Below are positions 28,776-38,887 of a DNA stretch of 62,959 nt, one piece after another (within the stretch, counting starts at the first letter, position 1; every line of letters starts with the position of its first letter). The stretch is from Candidatus Saccharimonadota bacterium (GTDB taxonomy: Bacteria > Patescibacteriota > Saccharimonadia > Saccharimonadales > JAGQNJ01). Both the position numbers and the translations under genes were made by a program. Location: the NCBI GenBank assembly GCA_036826295.1, contig DAISWO010000002.1, forward strand, positions 159,294 through 222,252. The letters run 5' to 3'. The notes beneath the pieces were generated by a model, which was not told the DNA's origin, did not search any database, and saw nothing but the letters and a program-made list of their open reading frames with translations.

Positions 28776-30047
28776 CTATTCCGATATTTTCTTAAACTTC
28801 GTATAGTCTTGCAGAACTTCAGGTATGTCTACCGAACCATCAGGATTTTGACAGTTCTCTAAGATACAAGCCATAGTCCTACCAACAGCTACGGCAGTAC
28901 CATTTAGTGTGTGTACAAATTCTCTTTTACCAGTCACAGGGTCCTTGAACTTCATACCCATCCTTCGTGCCTGAAAGCTACCGGTATTACTGACGCTAGA
29001 TACTTCTAAATAACGATTCTGACTGGGCAACCACACTTCTAGATCTCTTGTCGATAAGGCAGCGATACCTAAGTCCCCAGTACAAAGTTCTATTGTTCTA
29101 GATGGTAACTTCAGAGCTTCGAGAACAAACTTTGCTTCATCTATCATTTCATAGTAACTCTCCCAAGAATTCTCGGGATGTGCAATTCTAACAAGCTCAA
29201 TTTTTGGAAACTGGTGATTCCTAATCAAACCCTTAGTATCCTGACCAGCTTTGCCTGCCTCTCTGCGAAAATTCTCAGAGTATCCTGTTAACTTGTAAGG
29301 TAGTTCGTCTGGAGTAAATATTTTATCCCGCAATAAGTTTGTTAGTGGGACTTCTGTCGTAGGAATTAGATACAATACATTTCCTTTGTTATCGGTAGTA
29401 GTAAACATGTCATCCTCAAACTTAGGCAACTGACCAGTACCCTGCATGATTTCTGGTCTGACTAAATACGGCACTTCAACTTCTTCGTAGCCGTTACCTG
29501 TAGATTGATCTAGCATAAAGTTAACTAAAGCTCTCTTTAGAAGCGCACCTTTATTTCTCAGAACAGAAAACTTAGTGCCCGATAAGTTTGCGGCATTTTT
29601 ATTATCAATAATGCCCAGCCTAGTACCTAGAGTTAGGTGATCAACCGTCCAACTTTCGGTACGAGGTTCGCCATGAGTTGAAATGACTTCATTATCTTCT
29701 TCACTCTCGCCTATTGGAACATGTTCAGCCGAAACATTAGGCATACTCAGCATGCGCTGATGAAACGAAGGTTCAATATCTGCCAAACTTTCCTCTAGCT
29801 CACTCATTCGAATCTCGACAGAACCAAGTACCCGCCTTAGGAGTGCCTGTTCAGCCTCTGATGAATCTCTAAACTGGGCTGATATTTGATTCTTGTCTGC
29901 TCTCAATGAATCTTGCTCGGACTGCAATGTATGTATTTGTTGGTAGATTGATTGATCAGTTTCGGTCAGACTAAAACCTCTATGATCCAACGCTTCAACG
30001 GAAGCAGGGAACTGTTCTTCAGAAAATAAAACTCGCAAATCATGCAT
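28776..30047 (-). CDS. serS: seryl-tRNA synthetase (possibly an accessory copy)
   Basis: N-terminal coiled-coil arm, GTGQLPKF, LIPTTEVP, FRREAG, GLIRNHQF, HTLNGTAVAVGR. Confidence 0.93.
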   Translation of the reverse strand: MHDLRVLFSEEQFPASVEALDHRGFSLTETDQSIYQQIHTLQSEQDSLRADKNQISAQFRDSSEAEQALLRRVLGSVEIRMSELEESLADIEPSFHQRMLSMPNVSAEHVPIGESEEDNEVISTHGEPRTESWTVDHLTLGTRLGIIDNKNAANLSGTKFSVLRNKGALLKRALVNFMLDQSTGNGYEEVEVPYLVRPEIMQGTGQLPKFEDDMFTTTDNKGNVLYLIPTTEVPLTNLLRDKIFTPDELPYKLTGYSENFRREAGKAGQDTKGLIRNHQFPKIELVRIAHPENSWESYYEMIDEAKFVLEALKLPSRTIELCTGDLGIAALSTRDLEVWLPSQNRYLEVSSVSNTGSFQARRMGMKFKDPVTGKREFVHTLNGTAVAVGRTMACILENCQNPDGSVDIPEVLQDYTKFKKISE

Positions 30048-30119
30048 ATTAAATATTATACAATATCAAAAATGTTTTACAAGTATACTTAGATACTAGC
30101 TACTTTCAACAATCTATTC

Positions 30120-31382
30120 TTAAGAAATTACTAACTCAGTATCCGCAGAAACCAGACTATCAGTAATTTCTGGGATTTCATTCAAGCAAGATGACGCAAA
30201 GGCTACTATTTCTTCTTGATTGACATCTGAAGTTTCTGAAATTTTCACAACTGTCTTCCATGGGCTAATCAATGCACGACCACTGTTACTAACTAAATAT
30301 ACCTCGTTTTGTAATCCATCAAACTTATCATATATCTTTCTAGCGATCTGGTGAGCTGCGATGTAATATAGCTTTCCAATATGATAAACAGGGTTCTTGC
30401 CACTTGCCCCTTCCATGCTCATTGGACTGTTTATAGAGATGATTTGGTTTACTCTATTTCCTCTACCAACCAGACCTTCATCGCCACTTTCGATTGAAGA
30501 TCCAGTAGCAGTCAAATAAAGCTCTTGTTTCTGAAAATCATCTCTGGTATTCAAATTAAACTTAAGCTCTTTGCCTAGGTGTTTTCTGGAGTGATCAGTT
30601 AAGTATTTTTGAGTGGTTAATAAATTGTTTTTATATTCGTCTAGAGATGCTACAAATCTCGACACTTGAGGTACACACAAAGTAACTTCAATATTCCCAT
30701 CTATTTCTGAGCCCATTATCTTTACATCTGTCCCGACCCACTTATATTTTTTCTTAAATTCATTAATTGTAATATCTTTTTCTAGTTTCAGGACATATGA
30801 TTCTATTCTTTTTAATGGATAGTAGCCACAGCCTATTGATGTATCATTCGCGAATAAACTTTTTATCTCAGGTAGGTCATTTAGATTTCTAGGCCTGAAC
30901 CAAAAATTCCTATTACCGCCATTTTTTTCATTATCTTCTGAATGGCCAGGGCTGCTGGCTGTGCTGATATTAAATATAATCGATACCATATCTGGCGGAA
31001 TTAAGTCACCGAATCTAATTTTTATGAACTCAAGGGTGGCACTTCTCAATAGTTCTTCATAAGGTATCGTATCATCGCCAAACTGGTCTGAAATTCGACC
31101 GTTAATTAGAACACGGATAGGGCTGATCATCTCACCGCTTCCGAAATCCACTATTGATTTACCGCCCAAAATACCTAACTTGTCGAAATTATGGTGCAGG
31201 ATAGCACCGAATTTGTCTAAGGTGTAACGAGAGTAAGAAGCGCTCAAAAATTCAGCTAAATTATCTGCCAACGTATCCGGGTGGCCAATGCCCTTACGCT
31301 CAACAAACACAACTTTCGGATCCTCAAATCTAGTTTTTATTATTTGTACATCCGAAGGCGAATTGTTTATTATTTTTACCAT
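30120..31382 (-). CDS. archaeal-type S-adenosylmethionine synthetase (MAT)
   Basis: [51 protein letters not shown]. Confidence 0.9.
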   Translation of the reverse strand: MVKIINNSPSDVQIIKTRFEDPKVVFVERKGIGHPDTLADNLAEFLSASYSRYTLDKFGAILHHNFDKLGILGGKSIVDFGSGEMISPIRVLINGRISDQFGDDTIPYEELLRSATLEFIKIRFGDLIPPDMVSIIFNISTASSPGHSEDNEKNGGNRNFWFRPRNLNDLPEIKSLFANDTSIGCGYYPLKRIESYVLKLEKDITINEFKKKYKWVGTDVKIMGSEIDGNIEVTLCVPQVSRFVASLDEYKNNLLTTQKYLTDHSRKHLGKELKFNLNTRDDFQKQELYLTATGSSIESGDEGLVGRGNRVNQIISINSPMSMEGASGKNPVYHIGKLYYIAAHQIARKIYDKFDGLQNEVYLVSNSGRALISPWKTVVKISETSDVNQEEIVAFASSCLNEIPEITDSLVSADTELVIS

Positions 31383-31687
31383 CTATATCCCCTTTATTAT
31401 AACGATATTATTACATTATTGTGTTAATAACCCAACTAAATCAGTAATAATAATTCGTTGTTCTAAACCGCGCACATAGCAAGATGACGACAAGAAACCA
31501 TGCAACCACAACAACGATCAGATTCTGGGCCATTGAATAACGAAACAAGAGGTCGTTAATTTGATTTTATCGGTCTAATCGGCAAGCCCAAGCGCACCCT
31601 GCTTCATGCCAGAAAGCATGGGTAGATTGGATTGTAATGATAACCGCTTTGACATATTATTATTCAATAAATCAATAGAGGGCACAT

Positions 31688-32500
31688 ATGTCAGAAAATG
31701 AGACAAACAATGGCTATAGGATTACACCCAGCCTTCGTAATGGATTACTTATGGCAGTTGCATACATTTTATATTTTTCGGTGGCATTGAAGATATCCGG
31801 AGTAGGCTACGAGAGCATAATAGACACTCCGAGTAATATACTGCGAGCCGTTGTTTTGCCTCTGATTGGTGGCGCGATTCTACTAACTACTTTTGCAAAA
31901 TGGAGTGGCTGGTGGAAAGACCTCTGGCGCGACAAACACAGAATTCAAGGGCACAGCTGGATGAACCTTTTTGCAATCATTATGGCTATTGGCATCGTCA
32001 CCAATCTGGTGGCCGCCAGTTCAGGAAGCTCTTCTGCACAGTTAATAAGTTACATATTTATCGGCACCGCGCTCGTAGGCTACTGCGAAGAGATTTTATT
32101 TAGAGGTATTGTGCTACGGGGCGCAAGAGGATCTGGCTTGAGCGAACTGCGAGTGATGCTGGTTGTGGCGCTCAGTTTTGGGCTATTTCACGGCGTTAAC
32201 TTCTTCTTGGGTCAAGATATTATTGCGACCATACAGCAAGTACTTTTTGCCACACTAACAGGCGCGATCTTCTATTTGATCTTCCGTAAATCTGGTCTAC
32301 TAATCGTACCGATGATTTTGCACGGGTTGTGGGATTTTACTATTTTTACCCGAGAGGCAACACTAGGCCCTGCTCCCGAACTCGCGCCAACTGTCGCAAT
32401 TATCGGAGCATTAGGGTTATATGTTCCGGTCATACTTCTACTCGCATCTCTAAGATACGTTAACATCAAAAACAGCAAAACTTCAGCCAAAGCCCACTAA
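31688..32500 (+). CDS. CPBP/CAAX-family intramembrane glutamic endopeptidase
   Basis: EEILFRG, FGLFH, HGLWD; multiple TM helices. Confidence 0.88.
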   Translation: MSENETNNGYRITPSLRNGLLMAVAYILYFSVALKISGVGYESIIDTPSNILRAVVLPLIGGAILLTTFAKWSGWWKDLWRDKHRIQGHSWMNLFAIIMAIGIVTNLVAASSGSSSAQLISYIFIGTALVGYCEEILFRGIVLRGARGSGLSELRVMLVVALSFGLFHGVNFFLGQDIIATIQQVLFATLTGAIFYLIFRKSGLLIVPMILHGLWDFTIFTREATLGPAPELAPTVAIIGALGLYVPVILLLASLRYVNIKNSKTSAKAH

Positions 32501-32529
32501 CATTAACGCTTTAGCCTCTTGTCGCTACA

Positions 32530-32991
32530 TTGATATTACCTCATAATCATACGCACAGAATGGCGAAGAAACATCCTGATAAACACTGGTTGAAAATACT
32601 TTCTACAGATACTTTAGGCGTCTTATTACTGCTCTTAGTGCCACTTTTAGGTCCGCTTCCTGGGCCCGGTGGGATACCGTTGATATTAGCTGGGTTTAGC
32701 TTATTAGCAATTAATCACGACTGGGCCGATGGAGCAATAGCCTACATAAAAAAGCATAGCGTATCACTGAGAGGCATCGTCTTTCCAGATATTCGATGGA
32801 TTAAATGGTCTTGGGATATATTCTCAATCGTGCTGCTCGTTAGCGGCACTTACTTAAATATTGTAGCCGATCATTGGCTATTACAAGCGCTAAGCTTAGG
32901 TGTCCTAGCTAGTTCAGCTACAATTTTCATGCTAAACCGGAACCGCATCAGTGTAATAGATAAATACCTCAGAAGAACCGGCAATAAATAG
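32530..32991 (+). CDS. membrane protein with PGPG motif (PGPGW-like)
   Basis: LLGPLPGPGGIPLILAG...W. Confidence 0.65.
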   Translation: MILPHNHTHRMAKKHPDKHWLKILSTDTLGVLLLLLVPLLGPLPGPGGIPLILAGFSLLAINHDWADGAIAYIKKHSVSLRGIVFPDIRWIKWSWDIFSIVLLVSGTYLNIVADHWLLQALSLGVLASSATIFMLNRNRISVIDKYLRRTGNK

Positions 32992-33071
32992 CATTAGGCC
33001 TTGGGTCAATCAATTATATGAAGCCGACCATCAAGTGAGTGATTAGTAATATGAGAAACGAGATTATTGAA

Positions 33072-33500
33072 TCAGTCGTCGGAGCCTGTGCTGATGTGTG
33101 GTATTCGTGAAATTATTACAGCGTAAAGCGCTGCAGCAATGGCAATAAAATGCATGTTGAATCCAAGCGCCATTCCAATCGCGGCCGCATACCAAATGCT
33201 AGCTGCCGTTGTCACGTTGCTGACTCTATTCTTGCTTTCGGATTTTAAAATAATGCCGGCGCCGAGAAAACCAATCCCAGATACGATCTGCGCTGCTATA
33301 CGAGTAGGATCGCCATCGCCGATTGTGCGAGACATAAACGCAAACATCATTGCCCCAGATATCACGAGTGTTTGGGTGCTGATGCCTGCGGGCTTATTCT
33401 TTAGTTCTCGCTCTACGCCGATAATTATTCCGCACAATAGAGCTAACCCGAGATCGAATAAAAACTCTAACTCTCTAGCACCTACAAGATTTTCAAACAT
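33072..33500 (-). CDS. MgtC/SapB family membrane protein
   Basis: GIIIGVERE, PAGIST, DPTRIAAQIVSGIGFLGAG, TTAASIW. Confidence 0.93.
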   Translation of the reverse strand: MFENLVGARELEFLFDLGLALLCGIIIGVERELKNKPAGISTQTLVISGAMMFAFMSRTIGDGDPTRIAAQIVSGIGFLGAGIILKSESKNRVSNVTTAASIWYAAAIGMALGFNMHFIAIAAALYAVIISRIPHISTGSDD

Positions 33501-33585
33501 TACAGCCCAGTCATTCGTTTTTGATTATTACGTTTCGATAAGCATTTTTTGAAACCTGTCTTGCTATCGCGATTAGTCACTACTC

Positions 33586-33795
33586 TTATAAACCTAGATT
33601 ATTAGTAATATCCTCTACCGCTGTTTGACCTTGTTCGGTAACGGAGGTTGTTGCATCAGATGCGCCGTCAGTGAGTGTTTGAGCCTGATCTTGAATATCT
33701 TGCACGACAGGATTATCGGTTATTCCTCCGACAGCATCTCCTATAGAACCCGTAGCTCCACCAATTAAGTTTTGTATTGAATCGAATAATCCCAT
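33586..33795 (-). CDS. small acidic hypothetical protein
   Basis: 69-aa ORF with AAGGAGG SD. Confidence 0.6.
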   Translation of the reverse strand: MGLFDSIQNLIGGATGSIGDAVGGITDNPVVQDIQDQAQTLTDGASDATTSVTEQGQTAVEDITNNLGL

Positions 33796-33804
33796 ATAAC
33801 CTCC

Positions 33805-34110
33805 TTACTTATTAATTACTAAACTTTCTATATCCTTGATGAGGGGTCGAAAGTCTTCGGACTTTTCTGAAACAAAATATCGGTTTTCTTTACCGCATTT
33901 GTGGTTGTCCACTAAACCCTCGGTTTTAAGCATCGTAAGCTTTTTTGAGAGGGTAACGGCATTAATGTCCGTCATCCTTTTTAGCTCATTGAATGATTTT
34001 TCGCCAAAGTTCATCAGCTCATAAAGAATCAACACATTACTTGCGTCACCGATAATCTTGGCGATGCCTTTAGTTTTAATAATTTGTTCTTGACTGTATA
34101 TTGTTCGCAT
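33805..34110 (-). CDS. HxlR-family winged-helix regulator
   Basis: ILYELMNFGEKSFNELKR...INAVTLSKKLTML. Confidence 0.8.
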   Translation of the reverse strand: MRTIYSQEQIIKTKGIAKIIGDASNVLILYELMNFGEKSFNELKRMTDINAVTLSKKLTMLKTEGLVDNHKCGKENRYFVSEKSEDFRPLIKDIESLVINK

Positions 34111-34125
34111 TGGTATACTTTATTT

Positions 34126-34148
34126 ACTAGTTAATAATGTTAACTAGT
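34126..34148. promoter_or_regulatory. perfect inverted repeat upstream of HxlR gene (candidate operator)
   Basis: ACTAGTTAA-N5-TTAACTAGT. Confidence 0.55.
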
Positions 34149-34192
34149 TTAGCACATTAGAAAATTCGTGCAAGTAAATTAAAGGAGGGTGA

Positions 34193-34360
34193 ATGAAATT
34201 AGCAAAACGATATAGAACAAGGAGTAAGAGACTCAGACATTTAGCTATCGAGGATATGATGTATCTACAGAAGCGAGTATCCGGAAAAAGCGTTTACAAA
34301 AGTATGCGCGCGATCTATCTTCGCAAGCCTAAACATAAAAGATTGGGGTATGAGTACTAA
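34193..34360 (+). CDS. 55-aa very basic small protein (not in ORF track)
   Basis: AAGGAGG SD; MKLAKRYRTRSKRLRHLAIEDMMYLQKRVSGKSVYKSMRAIYLRKPKHKRLGYEY. Confidence 0.6.
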   Translation: MKLAKRYRTRSKRLRHLAIEDMMYLQKRVSGKSVYKSMRAIYLRKPKHKRLGYEY

Positions 34361-34480
34361 GTTCGGCCAAATTATTAGGGGATTTTTGGAAAATCGACTG
34401 AAAGTTCAAATTTATTAAACACTACACTTTCAAGTTTTGTCCATATTGACTTTGAGATTATTGTATGGTACAATAAATTA

Positions 34481-35155
34481 ATGCTAAATCCCATTCAAGT
34501 AGGAGCAAATTCTCACCACGGACCAGTTACGAGTAGATGTGCGGATGCGCTAGCTCTGCGCTATGGCTTCGAGAACACTGAGCGTATGGCGGAGAACATT
34601 CCTGAAGATTCTCGGGTACTAGACGTAGGCGCCGGTCTTTCAAACTTAGGGAATGAAATTGCTAGCACGAGACCTGATATAAATTGGTGCAACCTTGATA
34701 TTAACTATAATAATGCTGTGTACGGACCAAGCATGAAATGGCGATTTGAAAGACTAGTAAATGACGCGCCAAATAATGTTGAGTATGTGACGGGGTCTAT
34801 CCTCAGTCCGAGCGAGTCTTTAGTGCAAATGCGATTTGCAAGAATTTTCAGCTATTATGTGTTACCACATGTTGCCCTATACAGCCCTGGTCTTGCGTTA
34901 ATAGCTATGCATAATATGCGTACTATGAGCTCGCCAGGCGGTATCATAAGCATTGGACCGATTCCTGGTGTCGGAGATCCTGCAGTCGAATTTATAGTCC
35001 CTGACTATGAAGAAGCGATTGATCTAAGTCCTATTACAAAGGCTGACTGGTATAATCAAGAAAAGGATAAATATTTCTCTGGGATGACTCAAGAAACTGC
35101 ACTTGAATTAATAGAGTCTCATGGTGGCAAGGTTCGGCTAGACACACCCAAATAA
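34481..35155 (+). CDS. SAM-dependent methyltransferase-like protein
   Basis: VLDVGAG motif I; TTGACT-N17-TACAAT promoter 6 nt before the ATG. Confidence 0.6.
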   Translation: MLNPIQVGANSHHGPVTSRCADALALRYGFENTERMAENIPEDSRVLDVGAGLSNLGNEIASTRPDINWCNLDINYNNAVYGPSMKWRFERLVNDAPNNVEYVTGSILSPSESLVQMRFARIFSYYVLPHVALYSPGLALIAMHNMRTMSSPGGIISIGPIPGVGDPAVEFIVPDYEEAIDLSPITKADWYNQEKDKYFSGMTQETALELIESHGGKVRLDTPK

Positions 35156-35263
35156 TAATCGACTTAGTTAGTGGGACAATCTGAGAGTTATTCAATAAAG
35201 TTATGCCATGAAAGACTCGACATTTGATTGACTTATGCATAAATATATGTCAAGTTAGTTGCT

Positions 35264-36250
35264 ATGGCTAATGCTCCAGTGATTGCACTTATAGGTGGCG
35301 GAACTGGTAGTTTTACTCTCTTGCAAGGATTAAAAGGTTTTACGCCGAATATTACTGCTGTTGTAAATATGAGCGATGACGGAGGCTCGTCAGGTGAGTT
35401 GCGGGACGAATTTGGGGTATTGCCGCCTGGCGATATTCGACAATGTTTAGTGGCGTTAAGTAATATGCCAGAAGTCAGAGATATATTTGCTTATCGTTAT
35501 GATATGAACAGTTCACTTCGTGGTCATAGTCTTGGCAACCTAATACTATCTGCACTTGAAATAAAACATGGCGATTTTAAGCAAGCGGTAGAGATCGCTA
35601 GCTCGATGCTCGACATAACCGGAAGGGTTGTTCCAGTAACTCTTGATAACCACAAATTAGTAATGCAAGACGGCGAAGAGAGAGTAGAGGGGGAATACCT
35701 CATTGGCCATAGACGGATTAATTCAGCAGATGCTACTGTCTCACACGAACCAACAGCGACACTCAATCCTGATGCCGCTGATGCTATAACAAATGCAGAC
35801 CTAGTAGTCGTTGCTCCCGGGAATCTTTATGGATCACTACTTCCGGCTCTGGCGGTAGATGGTATGGCTGAAGCATTCAAGAAGTCATCTGCTAAGAAGG
35901 TGGTTATCTCTAATCTAGTGACAAAACCTGGTCAAACGAATGGTTGGCACGTTACAGATTATGTCAAAGTCATTGAACACTACGTTGGAAAGGGCCAGAT
36001 TGACTTCGTGCTATTTAACCTAGATCCTCCGTCTGCCGAACTTCTGGAAAGATATGCAGCGGAGGGGGAATACCCTGTAGCTACAGACCTCAAAAAATTT
36101 GCAGATATCTCAGCGTCGCCAGTTGGCGCTAACCTCCTTGCTAAAAAACCCGCAAAACAAGACAAAAACGATACGATAATCCCTCGCACACTAATCCGCC
36201 ACGATGCACACCAAGTTGGTAGAGAATTAATGCATATCTTTTATCTATAA
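35264..36250 (+). CDS. YvcK/GlmR (UPF0052, CofD-like) UDP-GlcNAc-binding protein
   Basis: IGGGTG, SDDGGSSG, LPPGDIR, GHSLGNL, PGNLYGS, RHD. Confidence 0.92.
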   Translation: MANAPVIALIGGGTGSFTLLQGLKGFTPNITAVVNMSDDGGSSGELRDEFGVLPPGDIRQCLVALSNMPEVRDIFAYRYDMNSSLRGHSLGNLILSALEIKHGDFKQAVEIASSMLDITGRVVPVTLDNHKLVMQDGEERVEGEYLIGHRRINSADATVSHEPTATLNPDAADAITNADLVVVAPGNLYGSLLPALAVDGMAEAFKKSSAKKVVISNLVTKPGQTNGWHVTDYVKVIEHYVGKGQIDFVLFNLDPPSAELLERYAAEGEYPVATDLKKFADISASPVGANLLAKKPAKQDKNDTIIPRTLIRHDAHQVGRELMHIFYL

Positions 36251-36326
36251 GTTCGATCTGATATATAGCCTAATCTAACCTGTGAACGTTGCGTTACAAG
36301 AGTATAATATAAGTATAGGAGGAGTA

Positions 36327-36830
36327 ATGAATCTACCACTTACTTATACCGACACAAACGAAACAGGTTGCTGTGCAGTACCGAACGTCTCGGCATGGGA
36401 TGAGCAGGAAGTAGAATTCGATAATCAACACTTTATACGAATGCATACGCGTAGTTTTCTGCACATTCCTCTTAACATGTCTAAGATTATGACCGAGCTT
36501 CAGGCAGTCGCAGAAGCTGCTAGTGCCGAGATGCCACCACAGGAGGTAATGATACTCAGCCGCGAATTATCTCCATGGAAAGCAGAGCAACTTTATGCAG
36601 TAACAAAAACGATTCCAGGCATAGACTGTATAACACTTAGTGGCAAATTTATGACAAAAGTTTTTGAAGGCCCATTTCAAAATGCCAAAAAATGGTACGA
36701 AGAACTGAAAAGCTACGTTAAAAAGACAGGGCATACTCCAAAAGACACATACTTCTTCTACACAACCTGTCCAAAATGCGCCAAGCATTACGGCAAAAAC
36801 TATGTGTTTGGTCTTGCTCGTGTAGAATAG
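36327..36830 (+). CDS. conserved hypothetical protein (GyrI-like region, C-terminal CxxC)
   Basis: AGGAGGAG SD before 36327; VFEGPF...YTTCPKCAKHYGKNYV. Confidence 0.7.
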   Translation: MNLPLTYTDTNETGCCAVPNVSAWDEQEVEFDNQHFIRMHTRSFLHIPLNMSKIMTELQAVAEAASAEMPPQEVMILSRELSPWKAEQLYAVTKTIPGIDCITLSGKFMTKVFEGPFQNAKKWYEELKSYVKKTGHTPKDTYFFYTTCPKCAKHYGKNYVFGLARVE

Positions 36831-36877
36831 GCTTTGTATATAATTTAAGAGATTTTTCTTTTTGATACAATCAAGGC

Positions 36878-37186
36878 ATGGCAAATTCGCAAAAAATTTC
36901 TGACGGCGTAGTACACAAATTGCCCACTGACCTAAAAGCTGCACTTAACTCCGATGAATCTGCGCTAGAACGCTGGGAGGATTTGACGCCACTTGCTCGC
37001 AACGAATGGATTTGCTGGATTATTAGCGTTAAGCAAGGAGCAACTCGCAAAAACCACATAGAGCGCACAATAGTGGAGTTAAAAGAAGGCAAGCGCCGCC
37101 CTTGCTGTTGGATGGGGTGCGTCCACCGCACCGACAAGTCTATCAACCCCACGCAAAAATGGATTCTAGACAAACAGCCAAAGTAG
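36878..37186 (+). CDS. YdeI/OmpD-associated family protein
   Basis: LPTDLKAAL...WEDLTPLARNEWICWI...K...TR..RPCCW. Confidence 0.8.
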   Translation: MANSQKISDGVVHKLPTDLKAALNSDESALERWEDLTPLARNEWICWIISVKQGATRKNHIERTIVELKEGKRRPCCWMGCVHRTDKSINPTQKWILDKQPK

Positions 37187-37246
37187 ATAAAAGTTATGTA
37201 AAAAACTAATATCGAATTACAATAATAGTAAATAAGGAGGAATAAA

Positions 37247-37468
37247 ATGTTTTTACTTGGAATGATTCTTTGGGTTCTACTAGCACTTTGGCCAGCAATG
37301 CTGGCAAAACGTAAAGGGTACAGTTTTATTCTGTTCCTGATATTATCTTGGTTCGTATCGTTTATTATTACTCTGCTTGTGGTCCTGTTTTTAAAAGACA
37401 AGAATGAAATCTCTGTAGACCGAACAATCAATAAAACCGCGATTGATGCACAAACAAAAAAACAATAA
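37247..37468 (+). CDS. small two-TM membrane protein
   Basis: AAGGAGG SD; hydrophobic-basic-hydrophobic pattern. Confidence 0.7.
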   Translation: MFLLGMILWVLLALWPAMLAKRKGYSFILFLILSWFVSFIITLLVVLFLKDKNEISVDRTINKTAIDAQTKKQ

Positions 37469-37571
37469 TCTCTTAATAATATTAATGGCTTCAAAAATCG
37501 ATGAATTACTAAATTAAGCAATAGACATAGAGCGATAGAGCTATTATCCGTCGTGCTGTTAAAATATAAGC

Positions 37572-38783
37572 ATGAGCAGTACAGCAAGACTAAAAAGAAC
37601 ACTGGGGCTTCCTCTTGTTGTGATGTATGGGCTAGGGAACATTCTAGGAGCTGGCATATATGTGTTAATTGGGAAGGTTGCTGGATTTGCCGGCACAAGC
37701 ACCACGCTCGCATTCGTCATCGCGATGATAACCGCTGGTTTTACGGCATTTTCATATATGGAACTTGCCGGACGCTATCCTGTCAGCGCAAGCGTCTCTG
37801 TTTACTTACATAAAGCATTCGGTAAACGTTGGCTTTCGGTGCTAATCGGGCTAATGATGGTAGCTGGAGGTATTGCGTCAGCGGCGGCATTATCACAAGG
37901 TTTTGCGGGATATCTTGGCTCGTTTTTCGATATTCCTAGTTCGATTGCCAGCGTTGGTTTGATTGTGGGGCTCGGGATAATCGCGCTTAAGGGAATCAAC
38001 GAATCAGCGAAAACGGCCGCTATCTTTACGGCTGTCGAGATTCTGGGATTAATATTGGTAATATGGGCCGGCAGAAATGCTTTTAGCAATATAGAGGCGT
38101 CAAGTTTATTTTCAATTGATCCAGCCTTCGGAGTTAGTGGATTGATAGCAGGCGCATTTTTAGCCTTTTACGCGTTTATTGGATTTGAAGATATGGTTAA
38201 TATATCAGAAGAGACAAAAAATCCCCGTCGAACTATGCCCCTCGCAATACTGCTGGCCTTAATTGCCTCCACGGCCTTGTATTTATCTGTCGTAATTGTT
38301 GCTACTAATGTTATAACACCATCAGAATTATCAAGTAGTAGCGCACCGCTGACGCTCGTATTTCAGCAAAGCGGTGCCGATTATCCTAATATTTTGAGCC
38401 TAATAGGGATGATTGCCGTCGTAAATGGCGTTATCGTCCAGATAATTATGTGTTCTAGGATTCTATACGGTCTGGCCAAGCAAGGATGGCTCAGTAATCA
38501 TCTGTCAGTTGTACACCCAAAGCATAAAACACCAGTTGTTGCGACCTTAGTAGTGCTAGCATTAATGATTGCAGGGACCTTAATCTTTCCATTAGTGTCC
38601 TTAGCGCAAATTACCAGCCTATTAATACTCAGTATTTTTTCATTAGTTAACATCTCGCTTATCGTGATTAAACGACGCAAAACAAAAAACACTGGTTATA
38701 TAACTGTGCCGATAATCGTTCCATATATTGGAGCGCTTTTGTGTTGTGCGACAATTTGTTATCAAATATTTAGTTGGATATAA
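37572..38783 (+). CDS. APC-family amino acid permease
   Basis: GNILGAGIY, FYAFIGFE, EETKNPRR; many TM helices. Confidence 0.92.
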   Translation: MSSTARLKRTLGLPLVVMYGLGNILGAGIYVLIGKVAGFAGTSTTLAFVIAMITAGFTAFSYMELAGRYPVSASVSVYLHKAFGKRWLSVLIGLMMVAGGIASAAALSQGFAGYLGSFFDIPSSIASVGLIVGLGIIALKGINESAKTAAIFTAVEILGLILVIWAGRNAFSNIEASSLFSIDPAFGVSGLIAGAFLAFYAFIGFEDMVNISEETKNPRRTMPLAILLALIASTALYLSVVIVATNVITPSELSSSSAPLTLVFQQSGADYPNILSLIGMIAVVNGVIVQIIMCSRILYGLAKQGWLSNHLSVVHPKHKTPVVATLVVLALMIAGTLIFPLVSLAQITSLLILSIFSLVNISLIVIKRRKTKNTGYITVPIIVPYIGALLCCATICYQIFSWI

Positions 38784-38887
38784 AGAATATCCAGTTACAT
38801 CCGATAATTTTCACTCGCAGGCAACGTCAATTAACAAAGTTTATGTATGATACAATCTAGACTAATAAACAATAAAGAAACGATCTA

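Noticed and set aside
36871-37713. 280-aa minus-strand ORF
   Set aside because: Overlaps three plus-strand genes with better motif or SD support; no recognisable features.
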